From Fimbriimonadales bacterium (GTDB lineage Bacteria > Armatimonadota > Fimbriimonadia > Fimbriimonadales > JABRVX01), in assembly GCA_045862955.1 (NCBI GenBank), contig BTVI01000006.1:1-64000 (forward strand): a stretch of DNA of 64,000 nt. The letters run 5' to 3'. Made by a program: the position numbers and the translations under genes. Shown here one piece after another: positions 29,114 through 40,134 of this stretch. How positions within the stretch are numbered: position 1 is the first letter of the stretch; every line of letters begins with the position of its first letter. The notes under the pieces are model-generated. The model was given only the letters and a program-made list of their open reading frames with translations, had not been told where the DNA came from and did not search any database.

Positions 29114-29431
29114 GTGTGGCCGTCAACGTTCGCCCAACCCCCGACAGGCGGCTCGGCAACGCAGACAGGGACGGTCGCTCAGATGCCGTCGCACAACCAC
29201 GGCATTGACGATCCGGGCCACACCCATGGGGTCAACGACCAAGGTCATCAGCACTTATCGCAGAAGATGGGCTGGGGATCGGGACCAACCCGAACCGAGA
29301 CGGGTGGCCGAACGACGGCGGCTTCGGCAGCATCTGTCTCTTGCAGGCGCGGCGTGCGGAGCATTGCTGATGAAGGACCATTCGTCCGTTGCAGCGAAGC
29401 TGGAGATAGCCTGTACCAAAGTGTAGGCTGA
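29114..29431 (+). pseudogene. Phage tail fibre/collar-like fragment
   Basis: TVAQMPSHNHGIDDPGHTHGVNDQGHQH carries HxH repeats typical of tail-fibre tips; flanks are unrecognisable. Confidence 0.55.
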
Positions 29432-29495
29432 TGCTGGCAGTTTGCTGGCACGGAGGCACGCAGGTGCCCAACTCTGACCGATCGGCAGGTTATCC

Positions 29496-32400
29496 ATGGG
29501 AGTCCTACTGAACTGCAAGCCCCGAGCAGAGGTGCTCGAGGGGGATCTCAGCGACGTGATGTTCGCCGCGATCCTCGGCAACGTGCTGAACGCTAAGGCG
29601 GCACACGTCTATCAGGACGCTGCCACTTTCTTCGATAACACACATCCCGCTGAGCAACTGAAGAAGATTGTCCAGGCCGTCTTCCAGCGTCTCAGCGATC
29701 CGAGCGAGCCCGGGGCAGTGATCCGCCTGAGTACCGGCTTTGGCGGAGGCAAGTCGCACGCGCTCATCGCGTTGTGGCATCTTGCCCAGTCGATCAGCGA
29801 CTTCAGCCTAGGAACAGAGCTGTTGCCGGCAGCCCAGCGGCCCAAGATCGTGCGAGTGGCCGCGGTGGACGGAGAGGGTGCCGGTGTCCCGGACTTCGCT
29901 ACCCACGCAGACGCTACCACCCGCAGTATCGCCGGGGAAATCGCATACCAATTTGGCGGAGTCGAGGCACTGAAGGTGCTGGGCGCTGCGGACAGCCCCG
30001 TAGCCAGCCCCAACGCCTCGCAGATCGAGGCCATTCTGCCAAAAGAGCCCACCCTCATCCTCTTGGACGAGGTAGTCACCTACATGGCCAAGCTCGACGA
30101 GCAGGGCCGAGGAAACCTCAAAGGGTTCATCAGCGCTCTAGCCAACGCGGTGACAACCCGCAAGCAGGCGGTGTTGGTAGTAACCGACCCGGCGGCGCAG
30201 CAAGCGTACGCCAAAGAGAGCTCGGAAATAGACGAAACGCTACGCACCGTCGCGATGGAGCTGGACCAAATCCTCGGGCGCAAGTTCTCTGAGTTCGATC
30301 CGATCAAGGACGAGGGTGCCCAGGTCATCTCCCGCAGGCTGTTCGAGAAGATCGATCCTGAAGCCGCGCAGGCCATCTCCGCAACCTACAAAGCTCTCTA
30401 CGAAAGGGTTGCACGAGACCCCGATACCGCAAACCTGCTTCCCAAGAACGCGCTCGACAAAGAGTTCATCCAGCGCTTCGTCGTGTGCTACCCATTCCAT
30501 CCACGGCTGATCGAAACGGCTCAGAACCGCCTGTCCACCATGCCCGACTACCAGCGAGGGCGCGGGACACTACGCCTCTTCGCTAGACTAATCCGCGACG
30601 TGTGGGAGAGGGCACAGGATATCGAGCTGATTGATGCCGGCGACGTGGACTGGAGCAGCGATCGCATTCAGGCGGACCTCTTGCAGCGTCTCAACCGAGA
30701 TAAGTTCAAAGCCGTCGTAGACGCGGACATCCGCCAGCACGCAGCGGAACTGGACGGCGCGACGGCGGCAGCGGCAGAGGCAACATCAGCCGAAGCAATC
30801 GCGGCGCAAGCCGAGCCCATCAAGAGAGGGCACCATACCCGCGTTGCCTCCGCACTGCTACTGGAAAGCCTCCCAATGGACAGCAACTCGGCCATGAGCA
30901 TCGCCGACATCACCCTGGCTACGCTCCGTCCGCAAGATGCCGGACACGAGCCCAAAGAAGCGCTCGAACGCCTGCTCAGCTGCTGCTGGTACACCTACCC
31001 TTCCGAGTCCGGCGAGCGCTTCCGATTCCGAATCGAGCCCAACGTAAACCGTCAGATTGACGAGAAGACCGCCAGCGTCAAGGACGAAGATGTAAGGGCG
31101 AAGATCAGGACCTCCGTGCAGGAGTATTACAAGGGAACGTTTTTTCAGAACGCTTATTGGCCCGACAGTGAAGCCGCCGTGCCAAAGACGACGAAGCCGG
31201 TGCTCGTGCTGACCGACAACCTCGAACTGGCCAAGAGCATCGTGCAGTACGAAGGCACTACCGGCGAGGGACACAAGATTCCGCGGGCCTTCGTCAACAA
31301 CCTCGCGGTGCTCGCGCCGGAGCACGGGCTATACCAATCTGCGTTCGAACGCGGCAAGCGCCTCATCGCCGCGCAGATGCTTCAAGAAGAGTTTAAGAAG
31401 GATACCGGCAGCGAGCTCGCACGCAAGCAGCTAGAGCAGATCCTGCCCGGGCTCATTCATAGCTTCCGCGTCGAGGCGGTGCGAGCGTTCAGCCAGCTCG
31501 TATTGTACGCGGGAGGGCCCGGGAGCACAAACGGTTGCAGTGTGCACGGCCTCACCGAAGAGGTCTTGCCTTCCTACCAGCCAAGCGATGCCAAGAACGG
31601 CGGCCAAGCGAGCACGACATTCGGCCAAACGAAGCTCAGGGAGTTTCTCGAAACAAAGGACCTCATGTACAAACCCAGCGATGTCATGGACAGGTCCTTG
31701 TTCGTGGAACGAGTGGTGAAGGGCACCCCGGAGTTCCAGGATCAGAGCGGGGTGTATACCGCGGCCGCCCTCTGCGAACGGATGCTCAGCATCCCCGGAA
31801 GCAAACTGCTGGGAGATCTCTCCATCTTTCGCAACACCATCCGCAAAGCAGTGGAGGAGGGGCTCTTGGTGGTGCGCACGAAGGACGGTCGCGCTTTCGA
31901 CAAGGAAGGCTGCGTGCAGAACCGTACACGGTTCCAGATACCACTCGCCGGCCCGGCCCCGGATGTAGACACGCTGGTCGCGCTTGCCGACAGCGATGCG
32001 GCCAAAGAGTGGACCAGCATCGAACAGCCCGACGAACAAGTGGCGCCGCCGCCGCTAGCCCCGCCGCAGCCCGCCAACGAGTTCGAATCCTGGGACGAAA
32101 TCATCGAGGCGGCATCCACGCGGGACCTGGTCCACCTCACCCTCGTTGCGGCGACACCTACCGACCTGGCGGCTGGCAAAGTGGCTGCGGTGGAGGTCGG
32201 CGCAGACAGCCAGTCGCTCGAAGTGGAGATCGTCGGGAAGCTCAAGGACGGCGGCAACGCGGCTTTCCGCTTGGAAGACGTGAGCCCCAACCACCCGCTC
32301 GCCGGCCTCGCGAACCAAGTGTATAGCGGAGTGGCACCTGGAGAGAGTACCGCCACGCGCTTCGAGTTGCATTTGGCCTTCGGCGATTCGGGGCGGAGCG

Positions 32401-32498
32401 AGATGTACGAAGCCTTGTCTCGGGCACGGGATATCATCCGTGAAAGGGACGCCGAAGGAGCAATCAAAGTGCGCGCGAGGTTCCGAAGTGAGGGCTGA
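29496..32498 (+). CDS. DUF499-family AAA+ ATPase
   Basis: FFDNTHP, Walker A TGFGGGKSH, Walker B ILLDEV, YPFHPRL, YQRGRGTLRL. Confidence 0.88.
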   Translation: MGVLLNCKPRAEVLEGDLSDVMFAAILGNVLNAKAAHVYQDAATFFDNTHPAEQLKKIVQAVFQRLSDPSEPGAVIRLSTGFGGGKSHALIALWHLAQSISDFSLGTELLPAAQRPKIVRVAAVDGEGAGVPDFATHADATTRSIAGEIAYQFGGVEALKVLGAADSPVASPNASQIEAILPKEPTLILLDEVVTYMAKLDEQGRGNLKGFISALANAVTTRKQAVLVVTDPAAQQAYAKESSEIDETLRTVAMELDQILGRKFSEFDPIKDEGAQVISRRLFEKIDPEAAQAISATYKALYERVARDPDTANLLPKNALDKEFIQRFVVCYPFHPRLIETAQNRLSTMPDYQRGRGTLRLFARLIRDVWERAQDIELIDAGDVDWSSDRIQADLLQRLNRDKFKAVVDADIRQHAAELDGATAAAAEATSAEAIAAQAEPIKRGHHTRVASALLLESLPMDSNSAMSIADITLATLRPQDAGHEPKEALERLLSCCWYTYPSESGERFRFRIEPNVNRQIDEKTASVKDEDVRAKIRTSVQEYYKGTFFQNAYWPDSEAAVPKTTKPVLVLTDNLELAKSIVQYEGTTGEGHKIPRAFVNNLAVLAPEHGLYQSAFERGKRLIAAQMLQEEFKKDTGSELARKQLEQILPGLIHSFRVEAVRAFSQLVLYAGGPGSTNGCSVHGLTEEVLPSYQPSDAKNGGQASTTFGQTKLREFLETKDLMYKPSDVMDRSLFVERVVKGTPEFQDQSGVYTAAALCERMLSIPGSKLLGDLSIFRNTIRKAVEEGLLVVRTKDGRAFDKEGCVQNRTRFQIPLAGPAPDVDTLVALADSDAAKEWTSIEQPDEQVAPPPLAPPQPANEFESWDEIIEAASTRDLVHLTLVAATPTDLAAGKVAAVEVGADSQSLEVEIVGKLKDGGNAAFRLEDVSPNHPLAGLANQVYSGVAPGESTATRFELHLAFGDSGRSEMYEALSRARDIIRERDAEGAIKVRARFRSEG

Positions 32499-32943
32499 GC
32501 GGCCAAAGGCGCTGAAGGTCCGACACGCGCCCTTCGCCCTTCGCGTGGTGCAACGGGCGGAGGGCAAAGCAGCCATCGTGTACCGGCGGGAACCCGTTGG
32601 CCGGGATAGGACCGACCGGCTGAAACGAATCGGCGCGTTGTCGCCGCTCGCTATGGTGGCGGGAGAGCGGCTGATCCGAGAAGGCGTGCGGGCGGCGGAA
32701 GGTCCGAATGCGATGCTGGCGCCGGGGCCGTTCCACGCGCTGGACGCGGATTGGGGCGCTCGCATTGCCTGCTATGCGTACGTTGCTGCCGGACTACGAG
32801 ATGGGGAGAGGTTGAACATGGCGGCTACCCGCCTTGCGAAGGCGGAGGGGGTAGAGGCTGCGTGGTGGCTGGGATTGCTGCAAGGCGCGTCGGGACCGCG
32901 CGCGATTCGTGCCTTGCGAATTCTAACGGAGGCTGTGGGATGA
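32488..32943 (+). CDS. Small protein in the DUF3780 position of a restriction-like operon
   Basis: Overlaps both neighbours; EAAWWL..RAIRALRIL C-terminus. GTG start assumed. Confidence 0.7.
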   Translation: MRAERPKALKVRHAPFALRVVQRAEGKAAIVYRREPVGRDRTDRLKRIGALSPLAMVAGERLIREGVRAAEGPNAMLAPGPFHALDADWGARIACYAYVAAGLRDGERLNMAATRLAKAEGVEAAWWLGLLQGASGPRAIRALRILTEAVG

Positions 32944-35900
32944 GCGAGACGAAGAGCGCAGCCAGTCGGACGAGTCCGACAGGTCCGACCGGTCAGACGG
33001 CTGAGCCGACTGAGGGCAGGCCGAGACTGCTGATCGAGGAGTGGTTGCCGGCGGCGGCGATCGGCGTGGAGTGCATGAGGGAGCGCTCCACCGGCCAGAA
33101 CCCCGGCAACGCCCGCCTGCACGTATGGTGGGCACGGAAGCCGCTGTGCATCAGCCGTGCGACGGTGCTGGGCTCGCTGCTCCCCGCCGGCTTCCCCCGC
33201 GACATCTTCGAGCGGTTGTTGGGGTTTTACGCCAGAGCCGAGCAGATCGTAAAGGCGGAGGCGAAAGTCGGGGTTGCCCGCCTAGCCGGCGTCCGCATAC
33301 CCAATCCGCATGGGCTGCGAGCGTTCAAGGGTGAACTCAACCCTGACCTTCTGTCTCGCATGCGCGGGGCCTTCCTGAGCGTGTGGGGCGACGCTCAGCC
33401 TATGGTGCTGGACCCGATGGCAGGTGGAGGGAGCATCCCGCTGGAGGCGACCAGAATCGGGGCAGAAGCGTGGGCTGTCGAGCTAAACCCGGTCGCGTGC
33501 ATTCTTCTGGAGGCGACAGCTCGTTACGCGGCCTCTCTGGGACCGAGGGTTGCCGATCGGGCAAGGCACTGGTCGGGGCATCTCTTGCACCGTGTCGCAA
33601 GGAGGATCGGCCAGCACTACTCAGGCGGCTCGGGCCCCGCCCCACTTACTTACATCTTCGCCCACACGGTGAGGTGTCCGGATACGGGGTTCGAGACGCC
33701 GCTCGTGCACGATTGGCACCTGCTGAAGATGAAGGGCAAGACTCCCGTAGTCGCGAGCCCCATCGTGGACAAGGCGCGGGGCGCCTGGCGGTGCGAGATA
33801 CGCAACGTGAGCAACATAGCGGGGGACCTGCACGCGGCCCCACCGCCCACCTATGCGAAGGGCATCGGATACAGCCTGTTCACCGCACCCACCAACGCAA
33901 AGGGCGAGCCCACGGGTCCCGGACGGCCCATCCCCTCCGAGTGGATCAAGGCCGAGGCGCAGGCAGGACGCATGGGAAGCGCGCTGTACGCGGTTGCGGT
34001 CAAAACCGGCTCGGGTCTGCAGTTCCGCCCGCCCATCGAGGAGGACCTGAAGGCGTTGGAGGAGGCGGAGAGGGAGCTGGAGCGCCTTCGGCCCGATTGG
34101 GAGAAGCGCAACATCCTGCCGAATGAGAGCTATCCGACGGAGACGACAGACCCGAGGCCAACACTGTATGGTATGCGGCGATGGGTGGACATGTTCGCTC
34201 CGCGCCAACTCCTCGCGATGGGGGTGTTGGTGGAGGAGCTGCAACGGCTGAGACCGGAGATCGTCGCTGAGGAGGGAGAAGAGCTGGGCGAGGCGGTGGT
34301 GCACCTGCTCGCACTGGCAATAGACAAGTTCGCCGACTACAACTGCTCGGGCAGCAGCTGGGAGAATACTCGCTCGGTGGTGAAGCACCGCTTCCAGCGA
34401 CATGATTATGCGTTCCGAGCCACCTTCGCCGAGCTCGCGGCGTGCGCCGGCGGCGCCGGACTGGAGTGGGCGCTGGACAACGTGCTGGAGGCGTACGAAG
34501 AGATTGCCAAGCTCCCCAAGGCCCCGAACGCCAAGCCCGCTACCGTGTATATGGGCTCGGCCACCAACCTACCGCAGATCGGAGACGGATCCATCACCGC
34601 CGTAGTCGTAGACCCACCCTACTACGACAACGTTCAGTACAGCGAGCTTGCGGACTTTTTCTACGTGTGGCTGAAGCGTACGCAAGGACACCGTCGCCCT
34701 GAGTGGTTCGGGAGCTACCTGTCTCCGCGCGACCAAGAGGCCGTGGTGAACGTCAGCCGGCATCGGGAACCCGGGGCGAAGACCACGGCTGCCAAGGAAG
34801 CCGCTTACGAGCGGTACCAGCAACTAATGTCCGAGGTTTTTCGAGAGTGTCGGCGAGTCCTCCGGGACGATGGCGTGCTCACCGTGATGTTCACGCACAA
34901 GAAGCAAGAGGCATGGATCTCGCTCTTCGCCTCGCTCATCGCAGCGGGCTTCGTGATTACCGCGAGTTGGCCCGTGAAGACGGAAAGCGAGCACAGCCTG
35001 CACATCGCAAAGAAGAACAGCGCGGAGAGCACGGTGGTGCTGGTGTGCCGAAAGCGCCTGCCCGGCGCCGGGCGCGGCTACTACGATAGGCAGATGCGGG
35101 CGGAGATCGAAGCAGTAGCTCTCGAGACCGCCGCACGGCTGGAACGCGAGGGACTGAACAAGGTTGACCAGCTTTTGGGTGCTTACGGCCCCGCGATGAC
35201 GGTGTTCAGCCGCTATGACGAGGTGGTCACGGACACCGGCCAGCCGGTAGACGTGGCACGAGCGCTAGAGATCGCTAGCGACGCGGTGATGCGTTGGCGG
35301 GTGGATCAGTTGGCAGAGAAGGGAATCGAGGGGGTGGAGCCCGAGGGCCGCTTCGCACTGCTGTGTTGGGACGTGCTGGGGGCCGAGGAGTTCCGGTTCA
35401 ACGAGGCGAAGCTGCTGGGGCACGCGGTGGGCATGGATGTGGACCGCCTAGTGCTGGCGGGCTTGGTCACCAAGGATGGGGAAAAGATCAGAATGGTACC
35501 GGCAACGAGCCGCCGCCGCGATCGCGCGCTTTCCGTAGAGGAAGCCACGACACTGTTCAATACGGGGATAGAGCAGCCAGCCCCGAAAAGGCGTCGGAAA
35601 GCGGACGTTTTGAAGGTGCATCCTTCGGACCCGCAGTTCCGAACGGCGATCGATGCGTGCCATGCGGCGGCGCTGGCGTATCTGGAAGCGGGTGGCGAAG
35701 GGCCTGGTCTGGGCGTGGTCCGGTCACTGGCGCGACGGCACGCGTGGACCCCGGGCGGCACGGTTGCTCGCTTGATGGAGGCGCTGGTGCGTGCGGCTCC
35801 GCTGGCGGTGCGTCACGAGGGTAAGGCGGCAGCGAAGCGTTTCCCCGAGTTCCGGGCGTGGCATGCGATATTGCCGGCGGTGTTCGGCATCGAGGCGCCT

Positions 35901-36023
35901 GAGTGGAGAGAGCCGGAGGAATTGCAGAAGGGGCTGTTCGAGAGGACGGAGGAGTTGGACGAGTCGGAGGTTTCCGACGAGTCGGAGCTGTCCGATGAGG
36001 ATGAGGAGGATGCGGAGGAGTGA
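32940..36023 (+). CDS. DUF1156 DNA amino-methyltransferase
   Basis: LHVWWARKPL, motif I DPMAGGGSIPLEA, motif IV DPPYYDNVQY, MFTHK, SWPVKTE. Confidence 0.92.
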   Translation: MSETKSAASRTSPTGPTGQTAEPTEGRPRLLIEEWLPAAAIGVECMRERSTGQNPGNARLHVWWARKPLCISRATVLGSLLPAGFPRDIFERLLGFYARAEQIVKAEAKVGVARLAGVRIPNPHGLRAFKGELNPDLLSRMRGAFLSVWGDAQPMVLDPMAGGGSIPLEATRIGAEAWAVELNPVACILLEATARYAASLGPRVADRARHWSGHLLHRVARRIGQHYSGGSGPAPLTYIFAHTVRCPDTGFETPLVHDWHLLKMKGKTPVVASPIVDKARGAWRCEIRNVSNIAGDLHAAPPPTYAKGIGYSLFTAPTNAKGEPTGPGRPIPSEWIKAEAQAGRMGSALYAVAVKTGSGLQFRPPIEEDLKALEEAERELERLRPDWEKRNILPNESYPTETTDPRPTLYGMRRWVDMFAPRQLLAMGVLVEELQRLRPEIVAEEGEELGEAVVHLLALAIDKFADYNCSGSSWENTRSVVKHRFQRHDYAFRATFAELAACAGGAGLEWALDNVLEAYEEIAKLPKAPNAKPATVYMGSATNLPQIGDGSITAVVVDPPYYDNVQYSELADFFYVWLKRTQGHRRPEWFGSYLSPRDQEAVVNVSRHREPGAKTTAAKEAAYERYQQLMSEVFRECRRVLRDDGVLTVMFTHKKQEAWISLFASLIAAGFVITASWPVKTESEHSLHIAKKNSAESTVVLVCRKRLPGAGRGYYDRQMRAEIEAVALETAARLEREGLNKVDQLLGAYGPAMTVFSRYDEVVTDTGQPVDVARALEIASDAVMRWRVDQLAEKGIEGVEPEGRFALLCWDVLGAEEFRFNEAKLLGHAVGMDVDRLVLAGLVTKDGEKIRMVPATSRRRDRALSVEEATTLFNTGIEQPAPKRRRKADVLKVHPSDPQFRTAIDACHAAALAYLEAGGEGPGLGVVRSLARRHAWTPGGTVARLMEALVRAAPLAVRHEGKAAAKRFPEFRAWHAILPAVFGIEAPEWREPEELQKGLFERTEELDESEVSDESELSDEDEEDAEE

Positions 36024-39000
36024 GCGGGCGGCGCTCCCGGAGTGATCCTCGATTGCGGTCGCGGAGTTGGCCTAACTTCCTACACGCTCCAGACCCTCAA
36101 CTGCTCAGCGAGTTGTACGTCCCGGCTTTGGCGTGCGCGGTTCGATATGATCGCTGCTGCGCGTACTTCAGCAGTTCGGTGTTGGCGGCGGCGGCTCGTG
36201 GGTTCGGGTGTCTTATCGAACGTCTGGAAGCGATGGGGGACGCCGCACCTCGGCCTGCCATCCGTCTTCTGGTGAATGAGGAGTTGTCGGCGGAGGACGT
36301 TCGGGCTCTTTCTGAGCGGGGCGATGCGGGTCCTTTGGAGAAGGTGCTGGGGAAGCGCTTCAAGCGGGCCGAAGAGGCTCTCGAGAAGAAGCGGCTGCAG
36401 ATGCTGGCATGGCTGGTGAAGCGTGGGCTGCTCGAGGTGCGCGTGGGGGTAATGCGCGCGGCTGGCGGGGTTCTGCATGCGAAGTACGGCTTGATTACGG
36501 ACGGTTGCGGTGACTCCTTGGTGTTCAGTGGCAGCGGGAACGAAAGCGCGCAGGGCCTGATTGCCAACTACGAGGTGTTGGAGATCACCCCTTCGTGGAT
36601 GGCGAAGGCGAGAGCCGAGCACTTCCGCAGAGAGTTCGATACGCTGTGGGAGGACAAGCATCCCGATGTGCTGACGGTGCCGTTGCCCGAGGCGCTACGA
36701 CAGAAGCTGGTCAAGCTCGCACCGAAGACCCCCCCCACCGTAGAGCCGGTGGCAGACATTGCGCGGCTTCGGGCGGCCACTGTGTGGCGTTGGCTGGCGG
36801 AGGCCCCGTACATGGAGAACGGCGGCGACGTGTGCGACAGCACTGCGATGGTCGAGATGTGGCCGCACCAGAGGCACGTGGTACGCGAGACGGCCGAGGC
36901 GTGGCCCGAGGGTCGCCTACTGTGCGACGAGGTGGGAATGGGCAAGACGCTGGAGGCGATCCTGGTGATGCGGCGGTTGCTCGCGGGGCGGGGCGTGCGA
37001 CGGGTTCTGATCCTGGTGCCAGCGAACCTGACCAAGCAGTGGCAGGCGGAGCTTCGTGAGAAGGGTGGGATCATCGTGCCCCGTCTGGATGGCGACACGC
37101 TGATCTGGCCTGATGGCACGGAGGAGAAGAAGGTATCGCTCGCCGACGCGCTGAAGAGGCAGCTTCTGCTCATGAGCCGAGAAACGGCAAGGAAGCCGCT
37201 TTATCTGCCTGAGCTGCACCGTGCAGAGCCCTGGGACCTCGTAGTGCTCGACGAAGCCCACGCTGCACGCAGGGCCGAGAGTAAGGAGCGCGAGTTCAAC
37301 GTGGGGAACCAGTTGCTGAACCTCGTGCGTGAGCTTAGTCACCGAGCCAAGGCCCGTGGGCTACTCTTCCTGAGTGCCACACCGATGCAGATCAATCCGT
37401 GGGAGCCTTGGGATCTGCTTCAGCCGCTCGGGGTCGGCGATCCTTGGCTTGCTGACTTCGAGGATGTTCGCCGCTACTATGACGGCATTCGAAGGTTGGA
37501 GCGAAACCAGGCGACGAGTGCCGATGAAGTTCACATCTCTTCGATGGTCGCAGCGGACAGCGACTTTCCTGCTCCCGATGGCGAGAACGATTGGCGTGAC
37601 CCTAAGACGTTGCGCGACGCGATAGCCTATGGCAGTGCGGAGGTACGGAGCAAGGTCGCCAAGTGGTTGCGCTCGGGTTCACCGCTGTCGCGTTGTCTTC
37701 ACCGCAACACCCGACGCACGCTGCGGGGATATTACGCGAAGGGTCTGCTCGATCGCGAGCCGCCGAAGCGCGTCGTTCGGGACGTAGTATGGGACTTCGG
37801 GGACGACCGTGAACGTACCGTGTACGAGAACATAACGAGCTACATCGACCGGCGTTTCGCTGAGACGCGTGCGGAGGAGCAGACGGGCAAGGGCTTCGTG
37901 ATGGCGGTGTATCGGCGTCGTGCTGCCAGCAGTCTGGCGGCTCTGAAGCAGAGCTTGCTGCGGCGGAGGGAGCTGATAGGGCGATATCTGCGGCAGGAGA
38001 CGGGCGGTGCAGACCTCGAGCAAGACCTGCCAGAGGGAGAGGATCGATCCGATCTGCCTGATGAGGTTGCGGACCGGTTGTCTCCCTCGGTTCCAACGAG
38101 TGTGAGTGCTGCGAAGTCGGAAGGTAGTGAGATCGAGGGCCTGCTTCGTTCGATTGACGATCTGTCGGGCACGGACAGCAAGCTGTATCGGTTTGTGGCC
38201 GTCTTGGATGAGGTCACTGCAGACGGGCGAGCTTGTTTGGTGTTCACGGAATACCTGGACACGATGCTATACCTTCGGGAGCAGCTATTGCCGAGGTACG
38301 GGACGTCGCACGACATTGCCACGTATAGCGGCAAGGGCGGTTCGTGGTGGGATGGAAAGCAGTGGCAGGAGGTATCACGTTCGGAGGTTGCGCGCAAGCT
38401 GAGCGACGGTGAGTTGCGCGTAGTGATCTGCACGGACGCGGCTAGCGAGGGTCTGAACCTGCAAGCTGCATCGGCACTCATCAACTACGACCTGCCGTAC
38501 AACCCATCTAAGGTGGAGCAGCGGATAGGCCGCATCGACCGCATCGGCCAACGGCAATCCGAGGTCATAGTCACTAACCTGTTCTTAAAAGAGAGCGTGG
38601 ATGAGAGGGTTTACACGCTCCTTCAGCAGCGATGCGGGATGTTCCGCGAGTTCATTGGACCGATGCAACCTGTTCTTGGTGAGGCGCGAAGTCTGCTATT
38701 GGGTCAGTCGGACGATGTTGGGAAACTCGAGGCGGCGATCCGTGACGTACAGGATGACGAACTCATGCTGGCATCCTATCGGGAGGCGGAGGCCGCCGAT
38801 CTGCCTAGCCGACAGCCAGCACTGGAGGCGGAAGATCTGCGTGCCGCGCTCACGCTGCTCGGGGACGTGCCTGGATACCGCGTCATCATGCGCGACGGCG
38901 GGTCGAGCTGCGTATTGAGAGGGCCGGGTCGCAAGAAGTGGTCTCTCGGGCTTCGTCTGGAAGCGCTCGAACGCGATTTGTCACTTGTCCCGCTGAACCC

Positions 39001-39631
39001 GTCCGATCCCACGATGCGTCGCATCGCGGATTCGCTGGGCCAGGACCTGGGTGAGAGTCCGTTAGTTATTGGGTCGGTCGAACAGGGGGGGTTCCGTGCT
39101 AGCACGATGGTGTGGGTTGACGATACCGGTTCGAAAGAGATCCGTTCGGCGCGGGAGCTGCTGCATCTGGTGCGCCAGTGGGACGGCACTCAGCCAAGCC
39201 CCGCTGCTCTAACGCTTGCGAGGCGGCGTGCGCACGAGGCCTCGAACGAGCGTGTCACCCGTATGTTGAAGGAGGCTGGGGAACGCCAGCGCAAGATGAG
39301 GGACCGGCAGGTGGCTGCGGCGCGTGCTCGACTAGCCTTCGACCTCTGCCGTACGCTTGGTGCACTAACCGGTAGTTTTTCGCTTACGGCCATCCACAAC
39401 AAGATGCATGAGGAGATGCAAAAGGACGGGACTCGCGCGAGCACTCTCAAGAAAGCCCTTGAGCTGCTGGGTGGATATCCAGATCTGCCACTCCATCACC
39501 AGAAGCGGCTGGAGGAGTACGTGGCGAGACTGACGAGCGATCAGCGTGAGACGGCGGTGACGTTCATGATGGTAGAAGCCGCCCTGCGCGACCCACGCTG
39601 GGAGGCGGCAAAGGCAGCCTGCCACGAGTAA
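36020..39631 (+). CDS. PLD nuclease - SNF2 helicase fusion
   Basis: HKD motif LHAKYGLITD..GSGNES; LLCDEVGMGKT, DEAH, LSATP, EGLNLQ, EQRIGRIDRIGQ. Confidence 0.92.
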   Translation: MSGRRSRSDPRLRSRSWPNFLHAPDPQLLSELYVPALACAVRYDRCCAYFSSSVLAAAARGFGCLIERLEAMGDAAPRPAIRLLVNEELSAEDVRALSERGDAGPLEKVLGKRFKRAEEALEKKRLQMLAWLVKRGLLEVRVGVMRAAGGVLHAKYGLITDGCGDSLVFSGSGNESAQGLIANYEVLEITPSWMAKARAEHFRREFDTLWEDKHPDVLTVPLPEALRQKLVKLAPKTPPTVEPVADIARLRAATVWRWLAEAPYMENGGDVCDSTAMVEMWPHQRHVVRETAEAWPEGRLLCDEVGMGKTLEAILVMRRLLAGRGVRRVLILVPANLTKQWQAELREKGGIIVPRLDGDTLIWPDGTEEKKVSLADALKRQLLLMSRETARKPLYLPELHRAEPWDLVVLDEAHAARRAESKEREFNVGNQLLNLVRELSHRAKARGLLFLSATPMQINPWEPWDLLQPLGVGDPWLADFEDVRRYYDGIRRLERNQATSADEVHISSMVAADSDFPAPDGENDWRDPKTLRDAIAYGSAEVRSKVAKWLRSGSPLSRCLHRNTRRTLRGYYAKGLLDREPPKRVVRDVVWDFGDDRERTVYENITSYIDRRFAETRAEEQTGKGFVMAVYRRRAASSLAALKQSLLRRRELIGRYLRQETGGADLEQDLPEGEDRSDLPDEVADRLSPSVPTSVSAAKSEGSEIEGLLRSIDDLSGTDSKLYRFVAVLDEVTADGRACLVFTEYLDTMLYLREQLLPRYGTSHDIATYSGKGGSWWDGKQWQEVSRSEVARKLSDGELRVVICTDAASEGLNLQAASALINYDLPYNPSKVEQRIGRIDRIGQRQSEVIVTNLFLKESVDERVYTLLQQRCGMFREFIGPMQPVLGEARSLLLGQSDDVGKLEAAIRDVQDDELMLASYREAEAADLPSRQPALEAEDLRAALTLLGDVPGYRVIMRDGGSSCVLRGPGRKKWSLGLRLEALERDLSLVPLNPSDPTMRRIADSLGQDLGESPLVIGSVEQGGFRASTMVWVDDTGSKEIRSARELLHLVRQWDGTQPSPAALTLARRRAHEASNERVTRMLKEAGERQRKMRDRQVAAARARLAFDLCRTLGALTGSFSLTAIHNKMHEEMQKDGTRASTLKKALELLGGYPDLPLHHQKRLEEYVARLTSDQRETAVTFMMVEAALRDPRWEAAKAACHE

Positions 39632-39997
39632 GCCGATAGCGTCGAAGCTTGCACTGCCCGCCGGGTCAGAGCTACCGGGTATGATCCCAGGTAAGCCACC
39701 GTATCTAGCTGTCTCAGGCTTCGCACAGTCCCGCGGGGGGCTCGGGGAATTGCATCGTTGCGGGGCGTTGGTTCAGGGCGCGCAACACCCTCGAAGGGCG
39801 AAGCCAGGTTCAAGCGACCTTGCTCGTGGGGCTGTCCCCGGTCTCCCCCTCCCCACGGGGCGTGGGATCCTCCTGCACGGTGGGGCCGGTTGCAGGAGAC
39901 TGGATGATCGGTTACGTGCAGGCGGGCTCTTGCGCGACCCTTTGGCTTCCTCGAGGGCTTCGCAAGTCGAAGTGGGCGGCAAGCCACGGTGGGGGGC

Positions 39998-40026
39998 TTG
40001 ACGATTCGGCGAAACCGGGGTATAAT
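39998..40026 (+). promoter_or_regulatory. Sigma-70 promoter
   Basis: TTGACG-N17-TATAAT. Confidence 0.8.
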
Positions 40027-40070
40027 TAACCTTAAGCAAGTTTCTAACTTGCTTTCTCTTGACAACCTGT

Positions 40071-40084
40071 GATTAACCGATTAA
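40071..40084. promoter_or_regulatory. Candidate LacI-family operator
   Basis: GATTAACCGATTAA, an imperfect palindrome with central CG; similar site at 52938-52951. Confidence 0.55.
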
Positions 40085-40134
40085 CCTATAATAACCGAAA
40101 GCGGACGTTCGCCGCATTCAGAAAGGTGAAACGG

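Noticed and set aside
39845..39870. Type I-E CRISPR-like repeat CCCCACGGGGCGTGGGA
   Set aside because: Single partial copy, no array.
39632..40000. Right attachment site of the tRNA island
   Set aside because: No copy of the tRNA-Lys 3' end found by eye.
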